Positions 48,735-60,887 of a stretch of DNA of 64,000 nt are shown here, piece after piece. This DNA comes from Phyllobates terribilis (Eukaryota). Location: contig NW_027362765.1 of NCBI RefSeq assembly GCF_046119375.1, positions 61,628,001 to 61,692,000 of the forward strand. Reading direction: 5' to 3'. The notes below the pieces were generated by a model, which saw only the letters and a program-made list of their open reading frames with translations, did not search any database and had not been told where the DNA came from. How positions within the stretch are numbered: the stretch's first letter is position 1; each line of letters begins with the position of its first letter. The position numbers and the translations under genes were made by a program.

Positions 48735-51517
48735 GTCCTGTGCGCACAGAACAGCCATATATGTGGTGGGGGCTCTGCAGGTGGAGGTATGTGGAGATTC
48801 CCCATTACTATTAACCCCTTCAGTGCTGGTGACATTTTTATCCTCGTTCTTATGTAAGTTACTGACGACCATTTCTTCTTTTTCTCTGGAGCCAGAACTT
48901 CTGCTTTCCTGTTATAAATAATGACTCGAGTAAATCCCCCTCATGGTGGCTCCCCGGGACCCTTTTAGTTTCCTTGCTCTTTGTAGTTCTGAGGGTCTCC
49001 TCCATATTTCTGAAGTCCTTGTGACCTGAGCAACTCCTGTAGTGTGTAGTGTGAGGCAGTGACTGGGATCGTATACAAGGGACGTTGTATATCCCCCAGA
49101 ATGTGCACAGAGACCTATTAAACCCGTTGAAGTGCATTGCAGTCACAGACACACCTGCGGCTGCAATTCAGGAAAGAAGGTGAGCATTGACCTGGTCAGG
49201 CTATCTGGCTAAGGCAGATTAAGTAAAACCTGGCAGGGCCTTCATTTCTTGGAGGATGCTACAGGAAGGCAGTGGTGCGGCCTCCTCCCTCCAACTCGGG
49301 TTTTCCAGTGGCTCTTGCCACAGGTCCTTTAAAAACCCTGCATTAAGGGTTAGTGTTGTTCAGTGTTGGGACCTGCTAGGAACATAGCAGGAAAAGCTCG
49401 GTGGGCCTGTGTGTAGCTGAACCTATGCCTGGGAAGGCTTGGCACCCATCAGGCCCTGAGCGGCCCGGCGTGGAGGTTGCCCAAGGCAACTTTTGTTATG
49501 GACTTATGTTAACCTGGCTGTGAACCGGAGGACTTTCTGTTTACCCATAAGTTTCTGAATAAAAGCTGTTTATGTTGGACTTGGTTGGGTCACTGCCTCA
49601 GTTCCTGCACGGTGTGAACACCGCCGCCTTACAGTAGGGATTCATGCTCTCAGGTAGGCATTAGATAGCGTTCACACAGGCAATGCGGTTTGGTCCAAAC
49701 TTGCAGTTTTAATGTTTTCTTAAAACTCCTATCGATTCAAAACCAAAACAAAAGTATAACAGCAAATAAATAGTTCATTCAGCAGGCACATATATGTCAG
49801 GGTGGGCTCACCCAAACAGTCCTCTCCTTCTCCCGGAGCAAACTTTACTCAATAAGAGGTACAGTCCTACCCATCTCTGTATCACCTTCAGCCAGAGCTA
49901 CAGTAGCTTTAAGCACCAAACAGAAGTATTTAACTCTATGCACAGTTCCCACTGAACAGCTACAGCTTCTACACATTACTTGGCATCTCCAGCACACAGA
50001 CTGCTCAGCTTTTCTAGCTAACCCATGCAGTCTTCAATCAGAGTGAGACTCTTGCTTGTCTCTATCCCAGTTAAAGCTCACATTTTGGCTGGTCACGCAC
50101 CAGCTTCATCACACTGCACTCTGCTCAAGATCCAGCAGACTGACACACGATGAACTATTTCCTAGTTCTTGTAAAAAATCTAGGCAGGTACATTTACTCA
50201 AAACCCTGCAGAGCTGGGATTTATCCCAGTCCTACCTGGCTTTACTTCAAGTGATAATCTCTACCAGCAGCAGAATCTAGATAATTGTGAGAGGGCTCCC
50301 TCTATCACCCCATTTCCCCACCCATGACCCAATGGCCTCTTGTTCTGCCAGCTCTAGTGGCCTGTGTGAAACTGACAGGTCAGAAGTATTGCTGCATATC
50401 AGACCAGCGATTAAAGTGGAAAAGTGTTCTAATCCTATAGTGGGACTAAATATAAAAGCAAATAGAAACAGTTCAATAAAATTTGTAAAAGTGTAAAAAA
50501 AAAAAATGAGGCTTTAAAAAAACACTGGAAATTGTTTTGCCATTTATGCAAAAACAGTACTAAACAAAATAAATAAAAAGCTCTGGCCTGATATTCTGAC
50601 TTGCTTCCTCTAGTTGCTGTTTGTCAGTGAGTTCTTCCTTTTCATTATTGATGAGCAAACATGCTCGGATAAGGGGTTAACCGATCACGCTCGAGTGTTA
50701 TCCGAGTATCTTGGGCGCGCTTGTATATTATGTTCGAGTCCCTGCTTCTGCATGAATTGAAATCAAGGACTCCTCAAATTTTGTTTATGGACAGGACAAA
50801 AAAGTGCCCTATTTTTACAGACTGTCCAGGAATTTCTGGGTGGGTAGCAACCCAGCAACCTGGTTAGGTAATGCAAAGAATAACATTACAACAGCCTTTT
50901 TGTTCCCAGTGTCAAGGTAACCTATATTCCAGATCTTCTGCTGTTACTAATTTCTCTGCTTGGATGCAAATATCATCTTCAGGGAGGATATTTGCATATT
51001 TAAATTCCCAGAGGAGCATTGCATGGTCTGCACGTATCCTGGCTTGGTACTTTTCACAAGGAGAAATAATCACCATTGGACCTTTTTGCTCATGCAAACA
51101 CTCCAGCACCAAATTCCATTGCAATGTTTCAAATCAGGTGGTGCTGAATCACATACTGTAGTTCTGTTGCTGCAAATCCTGAAGGATTTTTTTTTGCCAC
51201 GTTAGAATAGATGAAATACCCACAGACTCTCCTGGCCACAAGCTTATTCAACTTCGCAAAAGAAATTTTGCATGATCAAATTGAAGACGTGTGCCATACA
51301 TAGAACATGTTACTTTTCCCAAATGCAGTGCTGCCACGTTGTTTCTGGCCGGGTCACTTATTTAGTTGTCCAGTTGTAGTTGACAGAGGGCCATCCCTGT
51401 GACATTTGCTGCAAGAATGAAAAGATCAAGGGTAAATAATGGATGCAATATTCTGCAATGTTGCTGTTGGGGACAAAGAGACAGTATGTCCATTGTGAAT
51501 CCACTGTGAAGGAGATG

Positions 51518-52456
51518 TGACTCGCCCCCTGGGCCGTAGGGCACCCAGAACCGGGCTTCAGTGCAATGTTGGGGGTAGTAGTGGCAACCCGATCCCGTGG
51601 CTCAGGGTGGTCAGACCAAATGCTGTGGCAGTCTATTTGTAGGGTTTTGAATGTCCGACTATGCCACCCGTGGATTGCGGTCAGGGATGACCGCCGCTGC
51701 AAGGCAGACCGCTGAGGCTGATGTTGGTATGCAGCACAGGGATAGGATAACTTCCCACGGGAAGAGTGTAGCCTCAGGGCAGTGTAATAGGATGCTGGGG
51801 GTGATGGTGCAAGCCGCAATAATAAGGGTTCAGAGTCTGCTTCAAACAGTCCAGGGTCTTTATTGTAGTTAGTACAAATGACCCAACAGGAGTACAGGGT
51901 AGGAATGGGCCCGGGTGTCTGAGAGCATTAGGGCGAGCCCCACTGGTCAGGGTGAGTGGGTAGGCCTACCGTTCTCTCTCTGCCCTTGCTGACTATCCCC
52001 CTTTTCGTGGTGTGATAGCCCACGTCCCTGAGCTGGCCGTGTACTTCGCCTGTATGGCTTGCGACTCGGGCCTTAGGTACCTGTTGCTTCTCCGTGCTGT
52101 ACTGGTCCCTCTGTGTGGTGGAGCCTCCAGGCTTCTTAGGCCAAGGAACCTGAAATTCCTTGCAGGTTGGTTATCTGCTGCCGGGCTTGCAACCCTGACA
52201 GCCTCGGACCACAGTGTCCGGTTGTGTAGTTCTCTCTCAGCCAGGACCGGCTCTCGTCGCCTCTGTCCCTGGCTCACTGCTGCTCCTCTGCCTCCCGGAC
52301 TCCTCAGCTGCTGCTGACCTGTCCCTTTCCTCTGGGAACCCTTCTGGATGCTTCAGAAGTGGGTCCTGGTCTCTAATGGTCCCTGACCAGGGAACCTCCC
52401 TCCTGCTCTCAGACACAGCCTTTAATATTTGTGGCATCCAGGCCTGGGGTGACACA
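51518..52456 (-). repeat. 3' LTR of element D (939 bp, TATA region deleted)
   Basis: Aligns to 58445-59462 with 79 bp missing. Confidence 0.93.
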
Positions 52457-52964
52457 TTCCCCCTTAGTAAATTTTAGTACTCCGGGACTAAACAAGAAAC
52501 ACAAATACAGGGTATAAGTGCATGACCATAAACACAACAGGGAAGGAAATAACAAACAACAGCACATATTGAGTTCTTTAGGTCACAGTGTGGTCTGTGA
52601 CCGGGTGTCCATATCACCACAAAAGAAGAGGGTCACAGTATGATCCGTGACCGGGTGTCCATTTCACCCAATAAGGCGAAGTTTTTAAGCGATGTGGGGA
52701 CCTGTCTCCATAAACCCCAAGTTCCTGGCCTTGGGCGTGATGACAAGGCTGAGCTACCTACTTTGGGCCACAAAGGGGGCCACGCCGGACAGGTTTTTCT
52801 TCTGTGGCCAACTTCACAAGAGGGCACCAGGTGCAACTATCTACATGGCAGTTCCGGTTATTCACTGTCCATAACCTGTCAGTCCATTGCATCTAGGAAA
52901 ACTGGAGAAACATTATTAATAACCAGGGTACAAACATAACACATTAAATATATACGTTATACAT

Positions 52965-55900
52965 TTAGATCTTCCAGCGAGCTGGTATTTGACTCCTAGT
53001 GCTCCGGGTTGACCTCCGTAACCCATTGTCTGGTGGTGGTCTAACCTGGCTTTCCCCACTAGTATTAAGGGTACAGCTACTAGCTGGGTTTACAGGCAGG
53101 GCAGGCAGCTGTCTGTGGGTCCTTTGGCTTACCGCAGGCATGGCAGGCTCACTGTCAGCAGAGGGTTGACTCTCCTCCGCTGCTGGCAAGGGTTCTTCTG
53201 CCTCGGGGGCTGCTTGTTCTTCTTGTTCTTCCTGCTCTCCTGTAGGCTCTTGCTGGGTAGGCTGAAGGAAGTGTAGGACGGGTACCACTATGGCATCGTT
53301 TACTCGAGTCCAGGTGCGGGGGAACTCTCCGAGAACTGTGCTGATCATTTCTTCCTTGTCCTCAGCGGGTTCAAGGTCATCTTGATCTTCACTTGGACTC
53401 TGCAGTTTTAGGTGGTCTCTGTAGACAGTGCTAGTGGTTTCTCCTCCATCCTTGGTAATTACACATACCGTCGGGTTGTTGTGGTCGGACTGCAGTACTG
53501 TGTATGGGTCTCTCTCCTACTGGTCGTCCAGCTTGTGAAGCCTTCTCTTCCACTTCAGGACCTGCTCACCAGGTTCCAGGGGACCAGCAGGGGCGTTTTG
53601 GTTGAAGAGCCTCTCTTGCTTTTCTCTCGCTTGAGCCAGACTCCTCTCCACACTCTCCTGTACCTTCTTGTACTGTAGCCGCCGTTTCGTATCCCAGTCC
53701 GCGTCTGGGGAGGTGTCCTCGGGTGTCAGGACTCCCATCTCCAGGTCTATCGGCAGCTTACCTGGTCTTGCGCGCATCAGGTAAGCCGGGGTGCAATTTG
53801 TAGCATTCACAGGGATATGGTTGTACAAGTCTATTAGGTCTGCCAGCTTCTCCGGCCACAGGCTGCGTTCTTCCAGGGGCAACGTCTTGAGGAGATTAAT
53901 GACGATATTGTTCATTTTCTCACACAACCCGTTGGTTTGCGGGTGGTAAGGCGTTGTCCGAATTTTCCTACAGCCGTAGAGGTTGCAGAACTCCTGGAAT
54001 ACTTCAGCCTCAAACGCTGGACCTTGATCTGTCAAGGCCTGTTCCGGATACCCGTGTGGACGGCAGAAGTGTTGCTGGAAGGCTCTGGCCGCTGTTTGGG
54101 CTGTCAGGTCTTTAACAGGAACCACTACCTGGAACCGGGAGTAATGGTCCACAATCGTGAGGGCATAGATGTAGCCGGACCGGCTTGGAGCCAACTTCAC
54201 ATGGTCCAGAGCTACCAACTCAAGAGGCTGCCTGGTGACGATGGGCCTCAAGGGTGTCTTCTGGCTGGTACGGTCCTTCCTTCTGAGGTGGCATGGGCCA
54301 CAGTCCCTGCTCCACTTCTCTATGGCCCCTCTCATACCGATCCAGTAGAACCGATCTCTCAGTAGGAACTCCAGTTTCTTCCACCCGAAGTGTCCCGCTC
54401 TGTCATGGTAGGCCTCCAGGACCATTGCTGCATCTCGCCTTGGGACCACTACCTGCCAGGTCAGTTCGTGCGTCCGGTAGTTGACAAGCCTTCTGCTCAG
54501 CTTACCCTCGTAGAGGAATAGCCTGCTTTTCTCCTTCCATATCTGCTTGGCTTCCTCTGGAGCGTCCGGGGGAGGGCTAGTGTCTGCCTGGGTTAACAGG
54601 TCTTTCACCAGGCGAACTGCAGGGTCACTATCTTGCATTTCAGCCCAGCCGTGGTGGGGTAAGGGGTTGAACATGACGGTGGTTAGGTCTTTGTCTTTTA
54701 CTCGGTGAGAATACTGAGTGGCCCCATACCGATGGAACGCAGGGAGCTCTATTTCCTCCAGCTCTTCCGAGTTTTCTTCTCCTTCGGGTAGGTGAGGCAT
54801 TCTTGATAGGGCGTCTGCGTTGGCGTTGGTCCTGCCTGCCCGGTATTTGATTGTGAAGTCATAATTGGATAGCCGGGCCATCCACCGCTGTTCTAGGGCA
54901 TCTAGTCTTGCATTGTCCAGGTGTGTCAGCGGGTTGTTGTCCGTGTACACAGTGAACTTTGCGGAGGCCAGGTAATGCTTAAACCGTTCTGTGACGGCCC
55001 ACACCACTGCCAAGAATTCTAGCTTGAAGGAGCTGTAATTCTCCGGGTTTCTTTCAGTGGGCCTCAGCTTCCGGCTGGCGTACACGATCACCCTTTCTCT
55101 GCCCTGCTGGTTCTGTGACAGTACGGCTCCCAGCCCCACATTGCTGGCGTCTGTGTGGAGGATAAAAGGCTGGCCTTAATCGGGGTAGACCAGGATCTCA
55201 TCCCCCGTGAGGACCATCTTCAACTGGCGGAAGGACTCCTCTTCCAGCTTGTCCCACTTGAAGGGTGGCTTGTGACTTCTGGATTTAGACTGGCCTATCA
55301 GGAGGTACTGCATTGGAGCTGCCATCTTTGAGAACCCGGGGATGAACCTTCGGTAGTAGCCTACCAACCCGAGGAATTGCCTCACTTCTTTGATGTTAGA
55401 GGGGCTTGGCCAGCTCTTGATGGCTGTAACCTTGTCGGGGTCGTGGGCTACTCCCTCTGCACTCACCACGTGTCCTAGGTACTGGACCTTCGGTTTCAAC
55501 AGGTGACACTTTGAGGGTTTCACCTTCAGGCCATAGCCTGCCAGGGCTTCGAACACCTCTGCCAGGTGTTTTAGATGGTCCTCGTAGGTCTTCGAATAGA
55601 CGATCACGTCGTCCAGGTAAAGTAGGACCGTCTCGAAGTTTCGGTGCCGTAGACAGCATTCCATCAGCCTCTGGAAGGTCCCTGGTGCGTTGCAGAGCCC
55701 AAAGGGCGTACAGTTGAATTCACTCAATCCCATCGGGGTGATGAAGGCGGTCTTCTCCTTGTCAGCCTCTGCCACAGGAACCTGCCAGTACCCGCTAGTA
55801 AGGTCCAAAGTAGAGAAGAAGTTAGCTGATTTTAGGACTGCTAAAGACTCCTCTACCCTAGGTAACGGGTACGCGTCTTTATGGGTGATACGATTGATTT

Positions 55901-57118
55901 GTCTATAGTCCACGCACATTCTCATGGTACCGTCTTTCTTTTTTACCAGAACCAAGGGGGCTGCCCAGGGGCTACAGCTATCTCTAATGACCCCAGCTTC
56001 TTTCATTTCTCTCAGCATGCCCTTTGCGTTCTGATAATGTGCAGGGGGTACAGGTCTGTGTCTCTCTTTTATCGGTGGGTGACTCCCCGTGGGGATGTGG
56101 TGTTCTACTCCCTTTACTCGGCCGAAGTCTAGCGGGTGCTTACTAAAAATTCTCTCGTACTCCTGAACCACCCGGTAGACTCCTTGTTTTTGGTGCAGGG
56201 GAGTAGAGTCAGCACCCACATGTCGTTTCTGGCACCAGTCCTCCTTGTGTTTCTGGGAGCCATTACCCTCCATCGGGGAAGATGGAGGCAAGGGTTCCAC
56301 TACCCTGATAGCATTGTGTTCGACGGCAAACAATTTGGCTAGTGTAGCGTACCGGGGCAAGTGTACTTCCCTTTCCCCGATGTTTAAGATCCGGACGGGC
56401 ACCCTTCCATGGCGGACATCAACCACCCCCCTGGCTGTCAAAATGGTGGGCCTGCTGTCTGAGTACACGGGTTCTTCCATGGCTTGGTAGTCTCTCCCTC
56501 TTAACCTGATTGCAGTCCGACACCAGATCATCATTTCACTTTTGGGAGGCATGGCAATGGGGAACGGGTCGCTCATCCTCACGCTACTGATCTCACCACC
56601 AGACAGTTCTACCTGTTGCCGTCTCATCAGGGCTCTTATCTCTTTCTGGAGGACCCTCTGTTGGCTGGAGCTCGCATTCATCGCCACCTGCTGCAAAATC
56701 ACAATTACTTCTGAAAGACAGTTTTCAATCACATTAGTACCCAAGGTTATTTTAGGGTGACTTTCACGACGGTCAATGTCCACAATGATCACTCCCTGTG
56801 CCGGCAGTTCAACCTTACCAATCTTGATAGTCATCTCTCTGAACCCGACCTGCGGCACGGGTTGGCCATTGCTGGCGATGATGCTTAAGTCATCGTCTGG
56901 ATAACGTGTTATATCAGTGTCACTCCAGTACTGCTTGAAAAGTACGAAGGGGATGGTAGTCACTTGAGACCCGGTGTCCAGTAGTGCACTCATGGGGATA
57001 CCGTCCAGCACTACGGGTAAGACCGGGCATCCCACACGTACTTATCGCACCAATTAGACGGGCCTGATGACCTTATGCCTGGGGGTTGGCCCTCTGCCCC
57101 AGGTCAGACCCATTTAAA
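52965..57118 (-). pseudogene. pol of element D
   Basis: PR, RT, RH and INT motifs as in C; stops at about 57105, about 55176 (TAA) and about 53517 (TGG>TAG). Confidence 0.95.
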
Positions 57119-58064
57119 GTACAGTACCTGACTATGTGTCCTGGCTGGCTGCAACGGCGGCAAATCGGCTGTCCATCCTCGGTGTAACGGTCGGCGGGCC
57201 TCCCTCTGAACGACGGGATCCTCCTCTGTCGACGTCACGGGACATCCTCCGGACTGGAAGCCAGCTTGATTGGTCTTGATGGTTCCATCTGCAACGACTG
57301 TACGGTCCTGGTCAATGCAGCCACACTCTTGGTTAATTCTTGGACCTGATGGCGCAGGTTGGCAGGCTGGGATGGATTTAGGGCCTGCGCATCAGCCCCC
57401 ACAAAGTCTGCGGGGTAGGGCGCCGCCCCCTGGTGGTAAGTGATGGCAGGGCGCCGGGAAACTACAGCGCCACCTGGTGCGGGTTCTCGGAGCACCCGGA
57501 TGGCCCTATCTTTGAACTGCGCAAAAGTCAAATCGGGGTTCTATAGGGCCATGAGGCGCAGCTGGGTTCTGTGGGCGCTGGACAGCAGACTTCTATGAAC
57601 TGGTCAGTCAACAGTTTATGGGTGTCCTGCACGCTGCCAGGGTCAGCTTGCTTAATTGCTCCCAGAGCTTCTTGCAGGTTCAAGGCATAGTCTCTGATAC
57701 TATCTTGGGCTCGCTGCTTACAGCCATAGAATCACATTTTGATTTCTGCTGAGGTACGGGTATCAAAGGTACTCCGCAGCCGGGTCAGAATGTCCTTTAC
57801 AGTCCTTTTCTCCTCATCTGACCATGATTTCACTTCCCGCTGGGCTGCACCGGTTAGCTGCCCCGTCAGAATGCTCACTTTCTGTTCTTCTGTCAGGGGA
57901 TAAACTTTAAATAAACTGTGCAGTCTTTCCTTAAAGTCAGTTAATGTATGGGATTCCCCTGAGTATTGGGGCAGCCAGGCTGCTCCGGGGATGTAGGGCA
58001 TGGAGAACGGCATCACCGCTGCAGCAGCCACGCTGGTGGTAGAAGGTCCCACCGCGTCCGTCAT
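57073..58064 (-). pseudogene. gag of element D
   Basis: MTDAVG start; frameshift and TAG at about 57540-57590; CCHC knuckle near 57130-57170. Confidence 0.9.
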
Positions 58065-58421
58065 CTTCCTCCCCCCTAGTTAACCGTGGCCTACCTTCCG
58101 TTGATCCTCTTCTGTAGGCCGCGGCTCCGCTGGTGCTGCTCCGGGCGAGGACCTTGCGTCGCGTCCTGGTGACGTCAGCGTCGCTCTCTCTCTTTCCAGG
58201 ACCTTTAGCAGCATCGGTGCGTAGGGCGGGGCTTCAGGTCTCGCGCGGTTTGAACGTCCACGCCCCTCTTCTTCCCGCACGGCGTCCTGAAGATGGCGTC
58301 CGATGGCGGGAAAACGGCTGAAGATGGCGGGAAATGACTGAAGATGGCAGGAAATCTCTTTTTAAGGTATGTGTACAGTCTTTTTCAGGCGCGCAATACC
58401 CGTTTGTGGCGGGTTGGTCAC

Positions 58422-58440
58422 AATCCTGCCGACTACGCCA
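58422..58440 (-). promoter_or_regulatory. PBS of element D (tRNA-Ser)
   Basis: TGGCGTAGTCGGCAGGATT, a 19-nt match to the recalled tRNA-Ser 3' end. Confidence 0.9.
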
Positions 58441-58444
58441 AAGC

Positions 58445-59462
58445 TGACTCGCCCCCTGGGCCGTGGGGCACCCGGAACCGGGCTTCAGTGCAATGTTAGG
58501 GGTAGTAGTGGCAACCCGATCCCGTGGCTCAGGGTGGTCAGACCAAATGCTGTGGCAGTCTATTTGTAGGGTTTTGAATGTCCGACTACGCCACCCGTGG
58601 ATTGCGGTCAGGGATGACCACCGCTGCAAGGCAGACCGCTGAGGCTGATGTTGGTATGCAGCATAGGGATAGGATAACTACCCACGGGAAGAGTGTAGCC
58701 TCAGGGCAGTGTAATAGGATGCTGGGGGTGATGGTGCAGGCCGCATTAATAAGGGTTCAGAGTCTGCTTCAAACAGTCCAGGTTCTTTATTGTAGTTAGT
58801 ACTAATGACCCAACAGGAGTACAGGGTAGGAATGGGCCCGGGTGTCTGAGAGCATTCGGACAAGCCCCACGGGTCAGGGTGAGTGGGTAGGCCTACTGTT
58901 CTCTCTCTGCCCTTGCTGACTATCCCCCTTTTCGTGGTGTGATAGCCCACGTCCCTGAGCTGGCCGTGTACTTCGCCTGTATGGCTTGCGACTCGGGCCT
59001 TAGGTACCTGTTGCTTTTCCGTGCTGTACTGGTCCCTCTGTGTGGCGGAGCCTCCAGGCTTCTTAGGCCAAGGAACCTCAAATCCCTTGCGGGTTGATTA
59101 TCTGCTGCCGGGCTTGCAACCCTGACAGCCTCGGACCCCAGTGTCCGGTTGTGTAGTTCTCTCTCGGCCAGGACCGGCTCTCGTCGCCTCTGTCCCTGGC
59201 TCACTGCTGCTCCTCTGCCTCCCGGACTCCTAAGCTGCTGCTGATCTGTCCCTTTCCTCTGGGAACCCTTCTGGATGCTTCAGAAGTGGGTCCTGGTCTC
59301 TCTAACCCTGCCCTCAGTTCCAGCTTTTATAGGGGCAGCCTGCTCCCCCTACTAGCCTGGGACAGGAGGTGCTGCATGCTAATGGTCCCTGACCAGGGAA
59401 CCTCCCTCCTGCTCTCAGATACAGCCTTTAATATTTGTGGCATCCAGGCCTGGGGTGACACA
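58445..59462 (-). repeat. LTR shared between D (as 5' LTR) and E (as 3' LTR)
   Basis: On the minus strand it is followed by the PBS and preceded by a PPT and 3' UTR (59463-59590). Confidence 0.9.
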
Positions 59463-60199
59463 TTCCCCCCTAGTAAATTTTAGTACTCCGGGACTAAGCA
59501 AGAAACACAAATACAGGGTATAAGTGCATGACCATAAACACAACAGGGAAGGAAATAACAAACAACAGCACATATTGAGTTCTTTAGGTCACCCCAGGCT
59601 CCCTCCTGCTCTCAGACATAGGCGGATTATGATGAGGGCAATCCGGGTTACCGCCCGGGGCCCCGAGCCTGCAGGGGGCCCGCGGCTCCGGGCGGGGTGT
59701 CTAATGCCGGATTGCCCTCATTATATGTGCGGGCCGCCGCGGCACATACCGGTAGCAGTGGTGGGAGGGGGGGCCCCGGACCGCTCCCCCAGCAGCGGCG
59801 CACGGCCGCTACTTCTTCATCGGCCGGGCCAGCACTGCAGCAGTTAACTTCCCTGTGCTGGCCCGGCCACGTAACTGCTAGGAGACACGGCCCTGTGCTC
59901 GGCCATGTCTCCTAGCTGTGACGTCACGCAGTGCGCGCCCGGCCTGCACTGCTACAACGGAGAAGTCGGAGCAGGCAGGAGGAATGGAGCCGGGGGATGG
60001 TGAGTCTGTGTGTGTATGTGTATGTGTGTATGTGTGTGTGTGTGTGTGTGCAGGCAGATATCATTGTGTGATGTCTGTTTATATGTATTTTTGTGTTTCA
60101 AATGTGTTTATGCGTGTATGTACGTGTCTGTATATGTTTGTGTGTGTGCGTGACTGCATGCGTGACTGCGTGCAGCCTCCTGCTGAGTATAGTTGGCGC

Positions 60200-60860
60200 C
60201 GTGCGGCCTCCTGCTGTCTCTGGGGGGAGTGCCGTGCGGCCTCCCACTATGTATAGATGGCGCCGTGCGGCCTCCCGCTGTGTATAGATGGTGCTGTGCG
60301 GCCCCCTGCTGTGTATAGATGGCGCTGTGCGGCCCTCTGCTGTGTATAGATGGCGCCGTGCGGCCCCCTGCTGTGTATAGATGGTGCCATGCGGCCCCCT
60401 GCTGTGTATAGATGGTACCGTGCGGCCCCCTGCTGTGTATAGATGGTACCGTGCGGCCCCCTGCTGTGTATAGATGGCGCCGTGCGGCCCCCTGCTGTGT
60501 ATAGATGGCGCCTTGCGGCCCCATGCTGTGTATAGATGGCGCCGTGCGGCCCCCTGCTGTGTATAGATGGCGCCGTGCGGCCTCCTGCTGTGTATAGATG
60601 GTGCCGTGCGGCCTCCTGCTGTGTATAGATGGCGCCGTGCGGCCTCCTGCTGAGTATAGATGGCGCCGTGCGGCCTCCTGCTGAGTATAGATGGCGCCGT
60701 GCGGCCTCCCGCTGTGTATAGATGGCTACGTGCGGCCTCCCGTTGTGTATAGATGGCTACGTGCGGCCTCCCGCTGTGTATAGATGGCTACGTGCGGCCT
60801 CCTGCTGTGTATAGATGGCACCGTGCAGCCTCCCGCTGTGTATAGATGGCTACGTGTGCT
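60200..60860. repeat. 31-bp minisatellite, about 21 copies
   Basis: Unit CTGCTGTGTATAGATGGCGCCGTGCGGCCCC. Confidence 0.95.
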
Positions 60861-60887
60861 CAATATTGAGTCATACAATTAATGTAA

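Larger units (their letters stand above)
51518..59462 (-). mobile_element. Full-length inactivated Ty3/Gypsy element D
   Basis: LTRs at 51518-52456 and 58445-59462, PBS 58422-58440, PPT at 52457. Confidence 0.95.

Noticed and set aside
48853-49633. Solo LTR bounded by TGTAAG...CTTACA with AATAAA
   Set aside because: LTR-like features are present, but there is no TSD and the left boundary is uncertain; not listed as a supported feature.
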